A stretch of DNA of 64,000 nt from Squalus acanthias. Lineage: Eukaryota. Positions 23,572 through 36,586 of the stretch are shown in pieces. Position 1 is the stretch's first letter; every line of letters begins with the position of its first letter. Location: NCBI GenBank assembly GCA_030390025.1, contig CM059432.1, positions 14,572,001-14,636,000 of the forward strand. Direction: 5' to 3'. The notes under the pieces were generated by a model. It was not told the origin of the DNA. It searched no databases and saw only the letters and a list, made by a program, of their open reading frames with translations. The translations under genes and the position numbers were made by a program.

Positions 23572-24036
23572 CTGCGAGTGTTGCTTTGACACAATAACTG
23601 GGTTGAAGGATGAGTTGGCCACTGAAATTTTCCAGAAAGATGGAGAAGCTTTCTTTGAGTGACGGGGGTCCCATCACAGGCTTTACAATGCGGCTGCGGC
23701 CTGCTGAAATCTTCCACGTTAGTATTTTATCAAGTGTGTAGTAATAGTCATCATGACATTCTTGGAACATCCCTCGACATTTCATTGGCAGAAATATGAC
23801 TGGATTGTTTTTTCTTTTAATGAGCTGGCATTTCAGCATCTTTCCCCTGACTCCTTCCTCGATTCCAAGTAATGCCAACGTTTCACCTTTTTTAACAATG
23901 CTGCCTTCAGCCAAGGAAATTTTAACCTGGTTCTTGTATCTCGGCTGTTCCTCCCTTTTATTCCCTATCTTGATGCAATTTACAAGATGGCCCACAGTAT
24001 CATAGGGATCTGGATCTGGAACAAGCAGAAATTCCC
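23572..24036 (-). CDS. THEMIS3: THEMIS-family (THEMIS3-like) exon 3: CABIT1 core
   Basis: GEFLLVPDPDPYDTVGHLV...MLKCQLIKRKNNPVIFLPMKCRGMFQECHDDYYYTLDKILTWKISAGRSR...FSGQLILQPSY, compare THEMIS [28 protein letters not shown]. Acceptor CATTTTAG|GG, donor CAG|GTTAGT; 465 nt, phase 1-1. Confidence 0.88.
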
Positions 24037-24314
24037 CTAAAATGGAAAACAAAGCAATTAAAAGGAACCAGTGTTGTTCAGATTCACTTAAAAAAGTAAA
24101 AAGAAAGGTATTTAAAGAAAATGATCTCCAATTTCACCATCTACTTTCCCCCTTACCTCTCCTTTTCTGAAGACAGTGACAGTTGGTAGTTTCAACAATC
24201 CCGTTGTACTTCACCTAAGTGGCTATTTTTCATTTGTGGACAGAGAGTATTGGTGAGATATTCAACAGAGGAGGATGGGGTGCTACACAGCAAAGCCCAG
24301 CCCTGTCCTCTTGT

Positions 24315-24850
24315 TTCATTCACTCTCGGGATATGGGCATTACTAGCAAAGCCAGCATTTATTGCCCATCCCTAGTTGCCCTTGAGAAGGTGGTGGTAAG
24401 CCTTCTGTTTGAACTGTTGCAGTCCATGTGATGAAGGTGCTCCCAACGTGCTGTTTTGGTAGGGAGTTCTAGGATTTTGACCCAGCGATGATGAAGGAAC
24501 AACAATATATGTCCTAGTCAGGGTGGCGTGTTACTTGGAGGGGAACTTGGAGGTGATGGTGTTCCCATGCACCTGCTGCCCTTGTCCTTTTAGGTGTTGG
24601 AGGTCGCGGGTTTGGGAGGTGCTGTCGAAGAAGCCTTGGCAAGTTGTTGCAATGCATCCTGTGGATAGTACACACTGCAGCCACGGTGTGCCAGTGGCAG
24701 ATTGAGTGGATGTTTAAGGTGGTAGATGGGCTGTCAATCAAGCGGACTGCTTTTTACTGGTTGGTGTCAAGCTTCTTGAGTGTTTTTGCAGCCTTCCCCA
24801 CCCAGGCAAGTGGAGAGTATTCCATCACACTCCTGACTGGTGCCTTGTAC
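24315..24850 (-). mobile_element. Non-LTR 'family B' 3' fragment
   Basis: MEYSPLAWVGKAAKTLKKLDT...; reverse complement of 5091-5890. Confidence 0.8.
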
Positions 24851-25776
24851 TCATCTGACATCCACCGACGTGCAGATCCCTGGAACTCTAGCCAAATTCT
24901 TTGCCTCTCTAACCCACTTTTGGAGCAGTATTGGTCACTCAGTCGAGAGCAGCTAACCCAGCACAAACCAGGACTCAAATCTGGGGTTTTCCAGCTATGT
25001 ATGGCTCAGTACTACACTAAACCTGAGAGAGGAAAGTAAGTTCTTACTCTCAAAGCTATTGTACAGCCACTGGCTGGTAGCAGCCATACCCCTAGGATCA
25101 AAGATAATTTTATTACAATTTCATTAGCAGTTGAAACATACGTCAAATCTATTTTTAGATTGTCCTTTCTGTGTTGTAGTTCGTTCGTTAGCGCTGTAAA
25201 GAACGGTAGAGCAAACAAGGGGTGACCATGTTTTCCTTCATGAGTTTAACAAACAAACGTCCATACAGAACCCTTGAGAGTGAGAATGTTGCCCCCATCT
25301 AGGTATTGGCTCAAATGGATCTTATGGTTTTGTGATAGAATTGAAATATATAAATAACAGTAATTGGGCATTTTTGAGTATTACTAGTACAGTGAACTGC
25401 ACTATAGCGTGTTTATTTTTCCTCATTTTGAATAGTTTAAAACGTATTAGAATGGTGCAGAGGTTCTGAGAGCCTTCAAGTCAAATAAAGGACATATTAA
25501 TTAACCATAGCATTCTATCTGTTAATTTGTCTGATAGTGTAACATTGTTCTATGTGATGTAAGGTTACTCTGTACACTAGTGTAATTGTTTAGTGTGATG
25601 CAAGCTGGTGATCAGCGAGGTACAAATTGAGATAATTGGATGCTCTATGGTACATGGGGTGGATTTTATGAATTAGTGCTTCTGTTGGACAGCTTTGCAC
25701 GATGAGAGTGTATATCAAAAACTTCGGCGTGGAGTTTAGCATGTCAAACTTTTCCCTCCACTAATTCTAATTCCTA

Positions 25777-27350
25777 GGGCTGGATTTTGCCAGGTCCGAG
25801 GAGGCGGGTTTAGAGGCGTGTCAGGTGGGGAAGTTGCAAAAATGGCGGCGGGCTCCGATCCCGCCTCCAGCCCGTCTCTTAGCAACTTTCCCAAAAGCGG
25901 GCTTTCAGACCCCGTTTCGATCCCGCCTCCAAGAGGCGGGATAAGCCCTTAAGGCCCTTAACAACCACTTAAGTGCCTCTATAATGCCATTTTGAGAGGC
26001 CTTTCTGAGTTTAACACATTTCCCCCGTGCTGCACGTCTCCTCTGAAACACGCCAGTTAATCCTGGCGGACTCACAAGTGGATGGCTTACTAACAGCTGC
26101 AGCTCCACCATTAAAAAGGAGTTTTCAACAATGATCATTTGCAGGTGGCAGAACTTTGTTTTCTCAGGTCTGGGAGAACTTTTAGCAGGCCTACTCATTG
26201 TGGAAGTTTTGAAGCTGAGATCCATCTCCAGTGTGACCTCCTGGGAAACCCCTCTCCCCACCTTGAGTGAGAGCTTCCTCAACTGAGGTATATACCTGCA
26301 GCATGGGAACCATTTATTTCCCTTCCTCCTGGACCTCAGATTCGGACGAAGACCAGCCGCGGCAGCAGCAGAACGTGGAACAACAGCAGCACCAACAGCA
26401 GGAGCAACAACAGGAGCGCCAACCTGCTGCTCACCCACCTGAGGCTGCACAGGCCAGAGGGCGCCAGCGCAGGGAAGGACGTCACCGCAGGAGATAGCCC
26501 CAAAATAGGGTTTACAGACAGAGGATGAGCTACCTCAACATGACTGAGCAGCAGTGCCAAAGGAGGCTCAGACTTTCGTGAGAGGTAGTGGGTGACATCT
26601 GCACAATGCTGCAGCAAGACCTGGAGCCCAGAGGAGTGGGTGGACACTTGCATCACGCAGGTAACCAATGCCCTCTTTGTCAACGCGCACAATTACATCA
26701 ACTTCTCCAAGGATCAAGCAAGCGTAACGGCGTGTGCGGTTGGATTTGCTAATCTGGCAGGCTTTCCAAGGATGCAGGGTGTCGTTGACTGCACACATGT
26801 GGCCCTTAAGGCACCCCATCACAATCCAGGTATTTTTGTCAACCGCAAGGGCTTCCACTCCCTTAACGTGCAGCTGATGTGTAACCACAATAAGGAAATT
26901 TTGCATGTTTGCGTCAAGTACCCTGGCAGTTGCCATGACTCCTTCATCCTGCGGCAGTCTAGTGTTCCTCCGCTCTTCAGTCCGCCAGACCAACTTTACG
27001 GATGGCTACTTGGAGACAAGGACTATCACCATAAGACGTGGCGAATGACACCGTTGAGGAGCCCATCCAACGAAGCTGAGGAGCGCTACAACTCCAGCCA
27101 CATTCCCACCAGATCCATAATCGAGCAAACCATCGGCTTGCTGAAGATGCGATTCAGATGCCTTGATAGATCAGGTGGAGCCCTGCAGTACTCAGCAGCC
27201 AGGGTCTCCAGAATCGTCGTGGTCTGCTGTGCACTTCACAACATGGCACAGCATCATGGCTTGCAGCTGCCTGAGGGACAAGTGGCTCATCGCATAGCCT
27301 CCTCAGATGAGGATGAGGACGAGGAGGAGGAGGAGGAGGAGGATGAAATG
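25777..27350 (+). mobile_element. PIF/Harbinger transposon with disrupted HARBI1-like DDE transposase
   Basis: Left end GGGCTGGATTTTGCC; probable ATG ~26302; ORF 26592-27392 has [47 protein letters not shown] and [18 protein letters not shown]; upstream stops (~26495, ~26579) and a frameshift/deletion; right end lost. Confidence 0.92.
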
Positions 27351-27384
27351 GTTGGGTTAGCTTTGTTACCTCCAGACTGTTTTC

Positions 27385-28700
27385 CTGGCTGACCACCATC
27401 CTTGCATCCTCTGTAAACTTGAGCTCATCCATAGCTCTGCTGCCAATATATTAATTTGCACCAAGTCCCGTTCACCCATCACCGCTGTGCTCGCTGACCT
27501 ACATTGGCCGCCGGTCCGGCAACGCCTCAATTTTAAAATTCTCATCCCTGTTTTCAAATCCCTCCATGGCCTTGCCTCTCCCTATCTCTGTATCCGCCTC
27601 CAGCCCTACAACCCTCTGAGATCTCAGCCCTCCTCCAATTCTGGCCTCTTGCACATCCTTGATCTTCTTCGCTCCACCATTGGTGGCCATGCCTTCTGTT
27701 GCCCAGGCCCTAAACGCTGGAATTCCCTCCCTAAACCTCTCCACCTCTCTACCTCTCTCACCTTCTTTAATACGTTCCTTAAAAACTACCTCTTTGACAA
27801 AGCATTTGGTCAAATGTCCTAATGGCCCAGAAATTTGACTCGGAGGCTTGCCGCGGGGGTAAGGATCTTGCGCGATATCACACTCCGCGCCGGCCGTTGT
27901 GTTTCGGGCCCACAGGAACTTCGGGTCCTGGGCCTCTCCCGAGTGCCGGCACGCAGTGTGTGCGTGTCCCAGGGGCGCAGTTAGTGCGATGCAACCTCTA
28001 GGATCACGTGGGCCATGGAGAGCCGATGGCAGCACACCATCTTTCATTCATAGTTTTGACAGGAAGAGCTGTCAAAACTATGAATACAACAAGCCCCCAA
28101 AAGAACAGCTAAACCTCAAATAAATTTTTTAAAAAACCATCACATTAATAAAATAACTATAGTTAAATAAATTAACCACTTTAAACAAAAATTAAAATTT
28201 TTGAAAAAATTTAAATTCTTTTTAAAAGTTATAAAAATAAACTTACCTTTCTTTAAAGTCTCTAAAAAAGATAAATCTGTTGAAAAAAATTAAAAATTAT
28301 ACTTAATTAACTACTTACCTTGTTAAAAGGGGGTCTTACACCTCCTTTTTTCATGTGTAAATTCTTCCATACTTACCCTCGCGTTGAAACCTGAAAAAAA
28401 ACCTAAGTGCGCTGTGTGCGCACAGCCTGTAGTGCGCACGCGGTTCACCTAGGAACCGCCCCCTTCGCCATACCGGAAGTGCCGGTTTCCCGCGCATGCG
28501 CAGTGCATGCAGGAAACCGGCACTTCGGGATCTAATACGGGTGAGTACACAGTGCGTACTCTCCCGTATTAGGCCGAATTTTTGGGCCAATATCTCCATA
28601 TGTGATTCGGTGCCAAATTCTGTTTGATAACGCTCCTGTGAAATGCACCATATAAAAGCAAGTTGTTAAAGGCGCCATGTAAAAGCAAGTTGTTGTTGAG
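27385..28700 (+). mobile_element. L2-type LINE 3' fragment split by a MITE
   Basis: LADLHWPPVRQRLNFKILIPVFKSLHGLA...; tail resumes at 28589. Confidence 0.8.
27824..28588 (+). mobile_element. Non-autonomous Harbinger-like element (MITE family 2)
   Basis: TIRs GGCCCAGAAATT / AATTTTTGGGCC; AAT/AAT 3-bp TSD; internal GGATCACGTGGGC and AAAATAAACTTACC motifs shared with 60159-60874. Confidence 0.8.
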
Positions 28701-28779
28701 ATCATGATAGAGCTGATTGTTCTTGGTCTGTAGAAGGAATGGGCTTGATGATCTGAATTTTTATTTCTTCAGTCACATA

Positions 28780-29413
28780 GGGGGGAAAATGTAACTTTTG
28801 GACCCGTCGGGTGCGGGGTGGGGGGTGGGGGAGGGGCGGGGGGCCGGTGGCGCGCGGGAAACCTGGAAGTCCCGGTCTCCCTGCACGCTGTGACGTCACT
28901 GACAGGTTCCCTGGCTGGAAGTCAGCCTGATTGACAGGCTTGGCTACCAGTCAGGCGTGAAATGCTGGAGAAGAGGCCAGGGGACCATGTAGGTCCGCGC
29001 CCCAACCTTGAGGGGGTGTTCCAACGCCGGGGAGAGGGTGGGGTCCCATCCCGACCCCAGGTGGGAGGAGGGGTGAGTCCAATCCACGGGGGTGGGGCGG
29101 TTTGTATGAGGGGGCTGATGGGAGGCCAGGGGGAAGCACTCCTGCTCCTCCCGGCCCACAAGGAGTGTTCCCCGAGGATTTCCTCAGGAAGCCCGGCAAC
29201 CGCAGTTAAACTTGCAAAGCAGGTTAAATCCGAGGTTTCCAGCCTCATTATCAGATTTAAAGTGCCTCTTGGGAGCGGGTTGGCTGCCCGCCTCCCCGTC
29301 CTGCCCCTGTTAAAACCGGAAGTGGGCGGGTTGGGGTCGGGTTTCAGATTTTTAACACTTTAACATCTCACCTGACCATAACCCGCATGTGTTTTGGGAT
29401 TAAAATCACCCCC
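28780..29413. mobile_element. GC-rich MITE (Harbinger-like)
   Basis: G-run/C-run termini (GGGGGGAAAATGTAA ... TTAAAATCACCCCC) with ATA/ATA flanks. Confidence 0.6.
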
Positions 29414-31798
29414 ATACTCTCCAATGTTCATTTTTCTTTTTTGGTGCAGTTGTGGACAAGTGACTGATTACTAGAAATTCCCACCTAGACTAAACCTTAA
29501 GCGAAAAGTAAAATACTGTAGAGGCTAGAAATCTGAAATACAAACAGTAAATGCTGGCAACACTGAGCAGGTCAGGCATCATCTGTGGGCAGGGGAAGGC
29601 AGGGCTAATGGCCCAGGATTTCCTGGAGATTTGGGCCATTGTAATGGTGCATCTACAGCATTGGGTTTGCTCCCATGCTCAAAAGTCGCAGGAAATTATA
29701 TGTCATTATTCCCGCATAATTTCCTGGGGCCTTTGCACCACTCCACCAATACCCTCAACAAAACCGTGAAAAGTTGGTTTATCATAGCTCCGCTGTCCAG
29801 TCAAGTCAACAGTGCTTGCGAATTTTCTGGATTTATGCTAGTTTTTTCACCATAGTCACTTAGACTAAAAAATAATGGCACAGGTAATGGTATTTAAATT
29901 CATGAGTTCAAATAATTGATTGAAGTAAAATAAAATCTCTGCTCCTCCTTGATACATTTAATTCTTAGCTAAAACCCATCAAAACACTTCTTCTTTGTCA
30001 TTGTGCATTAGGTTTAATGCATATATGGTGCATTGATGAAAGTGAAAGTGGGGAAGACATTTCTTTAGGCCTGTTTTCAGACCCAATACGGTCAGCGCGC
30101 TCGCAGCACGCGCCAGAAGCTAGAGGCTCATCCGAAATTGGGCCTCGGGCCTCAACTGAATAAATCCGGCAAGCTGTGGGCACCTTTCGGGCCTCCTGCG
30201 GCAGCTCACCAGTATCCTGCGGACCAATTTGAGCCTGTTGCGGGATGGAGGGGAGTCGAATGAAAGGATGACGATTGCAGGCCAGCAGTGGCCCACAGTA
30301 GTGCTCCACCTGGCTCCACGTTAAGGCAAGTTAAAAGTTTGTAGAGGGCGGTCTCTCAGCAGGCGTTAGGCTCCTCATTACAACATGCAAGGGGCCTAAT
30401 GCCTGTTTAAGGCGGACTCTAAGGATTCCTGAATATTGCCCGAGTCAATATGGTATCCCAGGTGTCTTTGGGCCCCGTGAAGTTGGGCCATTTTGCCCCC
30501 AGTTCATGCCTCAGAAAAGGGCAAAACGAGGTCCAATTTTGGTCACGTCACCCCACCCCACCCCCACCCAGTTTGTTTCATCTGAGACTTTGTAGGTAGC
30601 TTAATTTATTGTTGTTGTTAGTAATGTCATCTTCTAAATAAATGGTAAAAAAAAATCTGTAACTTGGAATGTTGCAAAACCGAATACAGTAGCTGAGTGT
30701 GTCCATAACTCAGACAATTTACTGCAAGTGATCAAGTTCAGCAGAGCCAAAGGATTTGAAATGCAGAATTCTGTGACTCTGGTAGTGCCAATTGGTTCAT
30801 TGATGCAGATGGGGTAATCTATTGACTGTGCCACTTCTGAGGTCCCTGATCCACCAGTACACTCGCTGCGATCTAGTCAAAGCACATTTCCAGGAAATTT
30901 TGGAGTAAGTTTGCCACAGGAAGATTGGAGCACGAAATGGCGTAACTGATGGCGTACGTCGGCGGCGTTCGCCTCCCTCCAGGAAACTCCAGGCCAGCGT
31001 TTCAGATCGACGGCCAGGTTCACCTGTAACATCTTCCCCTTCTGACTAAAGATCACCGCCCTGAAACATGAACTTTACCTTCCTCTCTCCACAGATGCTG
31101 CCTGACCTGCTGAGTGTTTCCAGCATTTTCTGTTTTTATTCTGGAGTAAACCTTGCTCTGTTGACCCTGACAGCTTACCAGTAAGTAACAGGGGTCTTTG
31201 AGTTGATGATTACTGTGGCTTGCAACTGGCAGTTCCACTGTAAAGCTAACACGTTCATAGAGCCCCGCGGCCAAAGGGTTCATTTTTGCTTTGAGAACCT
31301 CTTGGATTGAAGCGGTGAATTTACAGAACTGTTAATGAGATCAGAAGTATTCTTTCCCTCAGTTTTAGTTGGATTTATATTATGTTTTGAAGTACTGTTA
31401 CAGTCGGCACAATAGTTTACTTTGTAACATCATTTTTCCTCCAGCAATGGGCAGGGTGCACCTGGTATTAATAGTTAAAGTGTTATTACAACCTGACAGG
31501 TTTGTAACGCAGTAGGTGAGTGTTGATACTGCTGCAGAGTTTCAGTAGGTGGCAGCAGAAGATCACAGGCCAAAGATTGCACAAAGCAAAGCAGCGCAGC
31601 ATAGTATGGCTCTGTGGCTGCTTTATAAACAATGAGCACCTTATTAACAGTGTGATTAAGAAGTACAAAGAAAGTGCTGCGCTTTACATTCCCTTACATA
31701 GTAGAAGCCACAATTCAACAGTGACTGCATTTCAAAGTAAAGAAAGAAAGCACTTGTATTTGTGAAGTGTTGTCACTGTTGTAATCGCCACTGTCACA

Positions 31799-32255
31799 GG
31801 GGCGAGGACAGGGCCCAGGGGCGAGGACGGGGCCCAGGGACGAGGACGGGGCCCAGGGACGAGGACGGGGCCCAGGGGCGAGGACGGGGCCCAGGGACGA
31901 GGACGGGGCCCAGGAGCGAGATCGGGGCCCAGTAGTGAGGACAAGCCCAGTAGTGAGGACGGGGCCCAGGGACGAGGACGGGGCCCAGGGGCGAGGACGG
32001 GGCCCAGGAGCGAGATCGGGGCCCAGCGGCGAGGACGGGGCCCGGTAGTGAGGACAAGCCCAGTAGTGAGGACGGGGCCCAGGGGCGAGGACGGGGCCCA
32101 GCGGCGAGGACGGGGCTCAGGGGCGAGGACGGGGCCCAGGGGCGAGGACGGGGCCCAGGAGTGAGGACAAGCCCAGTAGTGAGGACGGGGCCCAGGGGCA
32201 AGGACGGGGCCCAGGAGCGAGATCGGGGCCCAGTAGTGAGGACGAGCCCAGCAGC
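31799..32255 (+). repeat. GC-rich ~19-bp minisatellite (GGGGCGAGGACGGGGCCCA and variants)
   Basis: More than 20 tandem units with variants GGAGCGAGATCGGGGCCCA and GTAGTGAGGACAAGCCCA; accounts for the repetitive ORFs at 31732-32467. Confidence 0.95.
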
Positions 32256-32584
32256 GTGGTCGAGGACCAGGAGTGGCGCAGCATGGACCAGCAGCAGCGG
32301 GGTCGGGGCCCAGGCAAAGTGCAGCATGGGCCAACAGCGGGGTTGGGAGGATCACACTGCATCCGATGAAACCCGGGCAGAGAGGACCTGCGGGAAGGAG
32401 GGAGGAGGACAGTAGGAGGATGTTTGTGTGTGTGTGCTAGGCCGATGTAGCAGAGCCTGGTCTCCAATCATCTTGGATCCCCTTGCCATTGGACCAAGAC
32501 CTTGCTCTGTCAAGCCCGTGTGGTAACTGGTGTGCAACGGCCACCCCACGATAAAAGAATTCATGCACAGGCATCTTAATCTTC

Positions 32585-32945
32585 CACTGTTGTAATGTGG
32601 GAAACGCAGCAGCCCTTTTGCGCACAGCAAACTCCCACAAACAGCAATGTGATAATGACCAGATAAGCTGTTTTAGTGATGTTGGTTGAGGGATACCGGG
32701 GAGAACTCCCCTGCTCTTCTGCAAAATAATGCCGTGGATTCTTTTACGTCCACCTGAGCGGGCAGACGGGGCCTCGGTTTAACTTCTCGTCCGAAAGACG
32801 GCACCTCTGACAGCGCAGCACTCCCTCAGCACCGCACTGGAGTGTTAACCTAGATTTTGTGCGCAAGTCTCTGTCGTGGGACGTGAACCCACGATCTTCT
32901 GACCCAGAGGCGAAGGTGCTATCAACTAAGCCATGGCTAACACTA
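32585..32945 (-). mobile_element. Deu-domain SINE (3' remainder at ~31740-31785)
   Basis: Matches the SINE family; split by the 31786-32584 insert. Confidence 0.78.
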
Positions 32946-33394
32946 CGTTAACTAAAGTAGTTCACTATGGGATAGATTTTACGAATTAGCACTCCCTGCA
33001 TAGAGCTTCACACAACAGCGGCACTTATTGGCAATTCTGTCCCATATGGACAGAAAATCATGCCAAGTTCCCTAGCCTCCACAGTCTGGTTCCTGATATG
33101 TGTTCCTGCGAAGCTACGTGTTGAGAAAGCCAATTCATAAAATCTAGCTCTGTATGTGTGGTGCTTTGAAAGGTTTCTGAGGGGCATTAAAGGTGCTATA
33201 TAAATGTAAGTCTTTTTTCTTTCTGATAAAATTGACAATGAATTCTATCAGGAGAGTTTCAGGTGATAGTAAAAGAAATAACATTGGCCCTGCATGTCAG
33301 CCAGCATCTGCAGCACTGCACTTTTAATTGGCTTCCAGAGACATGCACAACTGAGATATTTTTGAATAATGCAAATTAAAAAACAATTAAAGAA

Positions 33395-33860
33395 AGAAAG
33401 ACTTGCATTTATATAGCGCCTTTCACGACCAATGGACGCCTCAAAGCGCTTTACAGCCAATGAAGTATTTTTGAAGCGTAGTCACTGTTGTAATGTGGGA
33501 AACGCAGCAGCCAATTTGCACACAGCAAGCTCCACACACAGCAATGTGATAATGACCAGATAATCTGTTGTTGTTATGTTGGTTGAGGGATAAATATTGG
33601 CCAGGACACCGGGGATAACTCCCCTGCTCTTCTTCGAAATAGTGCCTTGGGATATTTTACGTCCACCTGAGAGATCAGACGGGGCCTCAGTTTAACCTCT
33701 CATCCGAAAGACAGCACCTCCGACAGTGCAGCACTCCCTCAGCGCTGCACTGGAGTGTTAACCTAGCTTTATGTGTTCAAGTCCCTGGAGTGGGAACTTG
33801 AACCCACAACCATTCTGACTCAGAGGCAAGTGTGCTACCAACTGAGCCACAGCTGACACT
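33395..33860 (-). mobile_element. Full-length Deu-domain SINE
   Basis: Complete reverse complement of the SINE family, head to (TTTC)n tail. Confidence 0.82.
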
Positions 33861-36472
33861 ATTCAACATATAACTGATGCAAAACTGAGATGATGCACAC
33901 TTGTGAATAAATGTTTAGCCAAAAATGCTTTTTCTTTCAAAAATATTTCTCAATGTTTTATTTCTTTCTCTTGGGAAGTTCTTTCATATTTAATAAGCTG
34001 TACCCCAATATATGTAACCATCAAAACGGGCGAGCATCATACAGACCCTCCACACACACAATAAGGTGTCTTTTTCATGAGGCAAGGCAGACACTGCTAA
34101 CAGCTCTGTCTCGAAAGAACAAGCCTCATGCATGCTTGTGAGCTGGTAAGAATGTCGGCCACTAACTCCAGTGATGTGAATCATCAGCCAACATGAAACA
34201 GAAGTATATGTAATCACATCATAGAATTTTACAAATCTACGCCCAAATTGCAGCCTTTTCCTGTGTTTAATCCTGTGCTGAATTGCGATGGCAGAGAACT
34301 CAAAGATATTTTAACTCTGGATGACGCAGATATAAAAGTGGCAAGAAAAAGCCAGACTGATGATCACACAGAGTGGGGAATAAACTTTGTCACCTCTGCA
34401 TATTTTTACAGGACTCATTTTAAGATGTATCCATCAAGAGACTGTTCAATAAATTTGCTAATCCATCGGCTGGGATGAAAACAGAGCAGTATATGTGAAT
34501 GATATAAGCAGCAATAAAAATACCTTTTAAAAGATTATGAAGAAAAGCAAGCAATTTACAGTGCCTGATTTATAACTTCAGTAGGAGAATAAACCATGGA
34601 CTCTATCCTGTTCATTTAGGGTTGGAAATCACTGTCAAACGGGGCGATTTTAACCCTACTCGCTCAGCAGAAACCTGGCGGGTGGGCGGTTAAAACCGCC
34701 CTGGCTCTTACCTATCCTAAAGCCGCCATGATCGCTACATCTGCCATTTTAATCTGCTCTCCTGAGCAGGCAGCAAGGACACGCACCCGGAGCCAACAGG
34801 GTCCTTCTTTACATATGAATGTTGCGGTCCAATGACATCATTGAGACCCCACTGTAATTTTAACTCAGGCCCGAGCAGGGAATTCACCTGGCGTTATTAA
34901 GATTGTACCAAATTACTTTGTTTGCTGTTGTAACAAAGGCATTAACCAGTTTCTTTAAACCATTACATAACCTATAACACTGACATAGGTATAAGGTTCT
35001 TCATTGTTAATAGAGAACAGGAATAATGAGTTCTGGAGTGCAGATACATGGAAGGTAGGAAAAAAAAACCATAAAATGGCAACTGTGATCTTAGGGCACT
35101 GATTTTAAAAGTAAAGAAGTGATACTGAATTTGGATAAGGCAGATGGAATATTTCATGTAGCTTTGTAGATTGCATTATAGAAATTATATTACAGTCTAA
35201 ATTTTCTGAGACCCAGCACCATCAGCACTGGGCAGCTTATCAGATAATTGAAGATGTCCATGATTTTCTAATAATTTGCCTGTTGTATCTGAGGCCTCAC
35301 TATTTTTTTAAAATTCATTCCTGGGATGTGGGCGTCTCTGGCAAGGCCAGCATTTATTGCCCATCCCTAGTTGCCCTTGAGAAGGTGGTGGTGAGCCGCC
35401 TTCTTGAACTGCTGCAGCCCGTGTGGTGAAGGTACTCCCACAGTGCTGTTAGGGAGGGAGTTCCAGGATTTTGACCCAGCGACGATGAAGGATCGGAGAT
35501 ATACTTCCAAGTCAGGATGGTCTGTGACTTGGAGGGGAACTTGGAGGTGGTGGTGTTCCCATGTGCCTGCTGCCCTTGTCCTTCTAGAATCATAGAAAGT
35601 TACAGCACGGAAGGAGGCCATTTCAGCCCATCGTGTCCGCGCCGGCCAACAAAGAGCTATCCAGCCTAATCCCACTTCCCAGCTCTAGGTCCGTACCCCT
35701 GCAGGTTACAGCATCCCAAGTGCACATCCAAGTACTTTTTAAATGTGGTTAGGGTTTCTGCCTCTACCACCCTTTCAGGCAGTGAGTTCCAGACCCCCAC
35801 AACTCACTGGGTGAAGAAATTTCCCCTCAAATCCCCTCTAAACCTTCTACCAATTACTTTAAATCTGTGCCCCCTGGTTTTTGACCCCTCTGCTAAGGGA
35901 AATAGGTCCTTTCTCTCCACTTTATCTAGGCCCCTCATAATTTTATACACCTCAATAAGGTCTCCCCTCAGCCTCCTCTGTTCCAAGGAAAACAAACCCA
36001 GCCTATCCAGTCTTTCCTCATAGCTAAGACTCTCTACTCCCGGCAACATCCTTGTAAATCTCCTCTGTACCCTCTCTAGTGCAATCACATCTTTCCTGTA
36101 ATGTGGTGACCAGAACTTCATGCAGTACTCTAGCTGAGGCCTAACTAATGTTTTATATAGTTGAAGCATAACCCCCCTGCTCTTGTATTCTATGCCACGG
36201 CTAATAAAGGCAAGCATTCCGTATGCCTTCTTAACCACCTTATCTACCTGGCCTGCTACCTTCAGGGATCTGTGGACATGCACTCCAAGGTCCCTTTGTT
36301 CCTCTACACTACTCAGTGTCCTACCATTTAATGTGTATTCCCTTTCCTTGTTAGCCCTCCCCAAATGCATTACCTCACACTTCTCCGGATTGAATTCCAT
36401 TTGCCGCTGTTCTACCCACCTGACCAATTTATTGATATCTTCCTGCAGTCTACAGCTTCCTTCTTCAGTATC

Positions 36473-36586
36473 CATGATGTGGAGATGCCGGTGTTGGACT
36501 GGGGTGGACAAATGTGAGAAGTCGCACAACACCAGGTTATAGTCCAACTGTTGGACTATAACCTGGTGTTGTGCGACTTCTCACAA
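36473..36586. mobile_element. Penelope-like terminal insertion forming a perfect palindrome
   Basis: 36-bp arms at 36513-36548 and 36550-36585; TTCTTCAGTATC duplicated at 36461-36472 and 36587-36598. Confidence 0.75.

Noticed and set aside
26592..27392. Host HARBI1 gene
   Set aside because: No intact start, upstream stops and frameshift, a transposon-like left end, and a second decayed relative in the same window.
31732..32467. Long Pro/Gly/Leu-rich ORFs; CRISPR-like periodicity
   Set aside because: Translations of a 19-bp minisatellite; units are contiguous with no unique spacers, and the DNA is eukaryotic.
34248..34478. 76-codon plus-strand ORF in unique sequence
   Set aside because: No recognisable motif or convincing splice context; length is compatible with chance.
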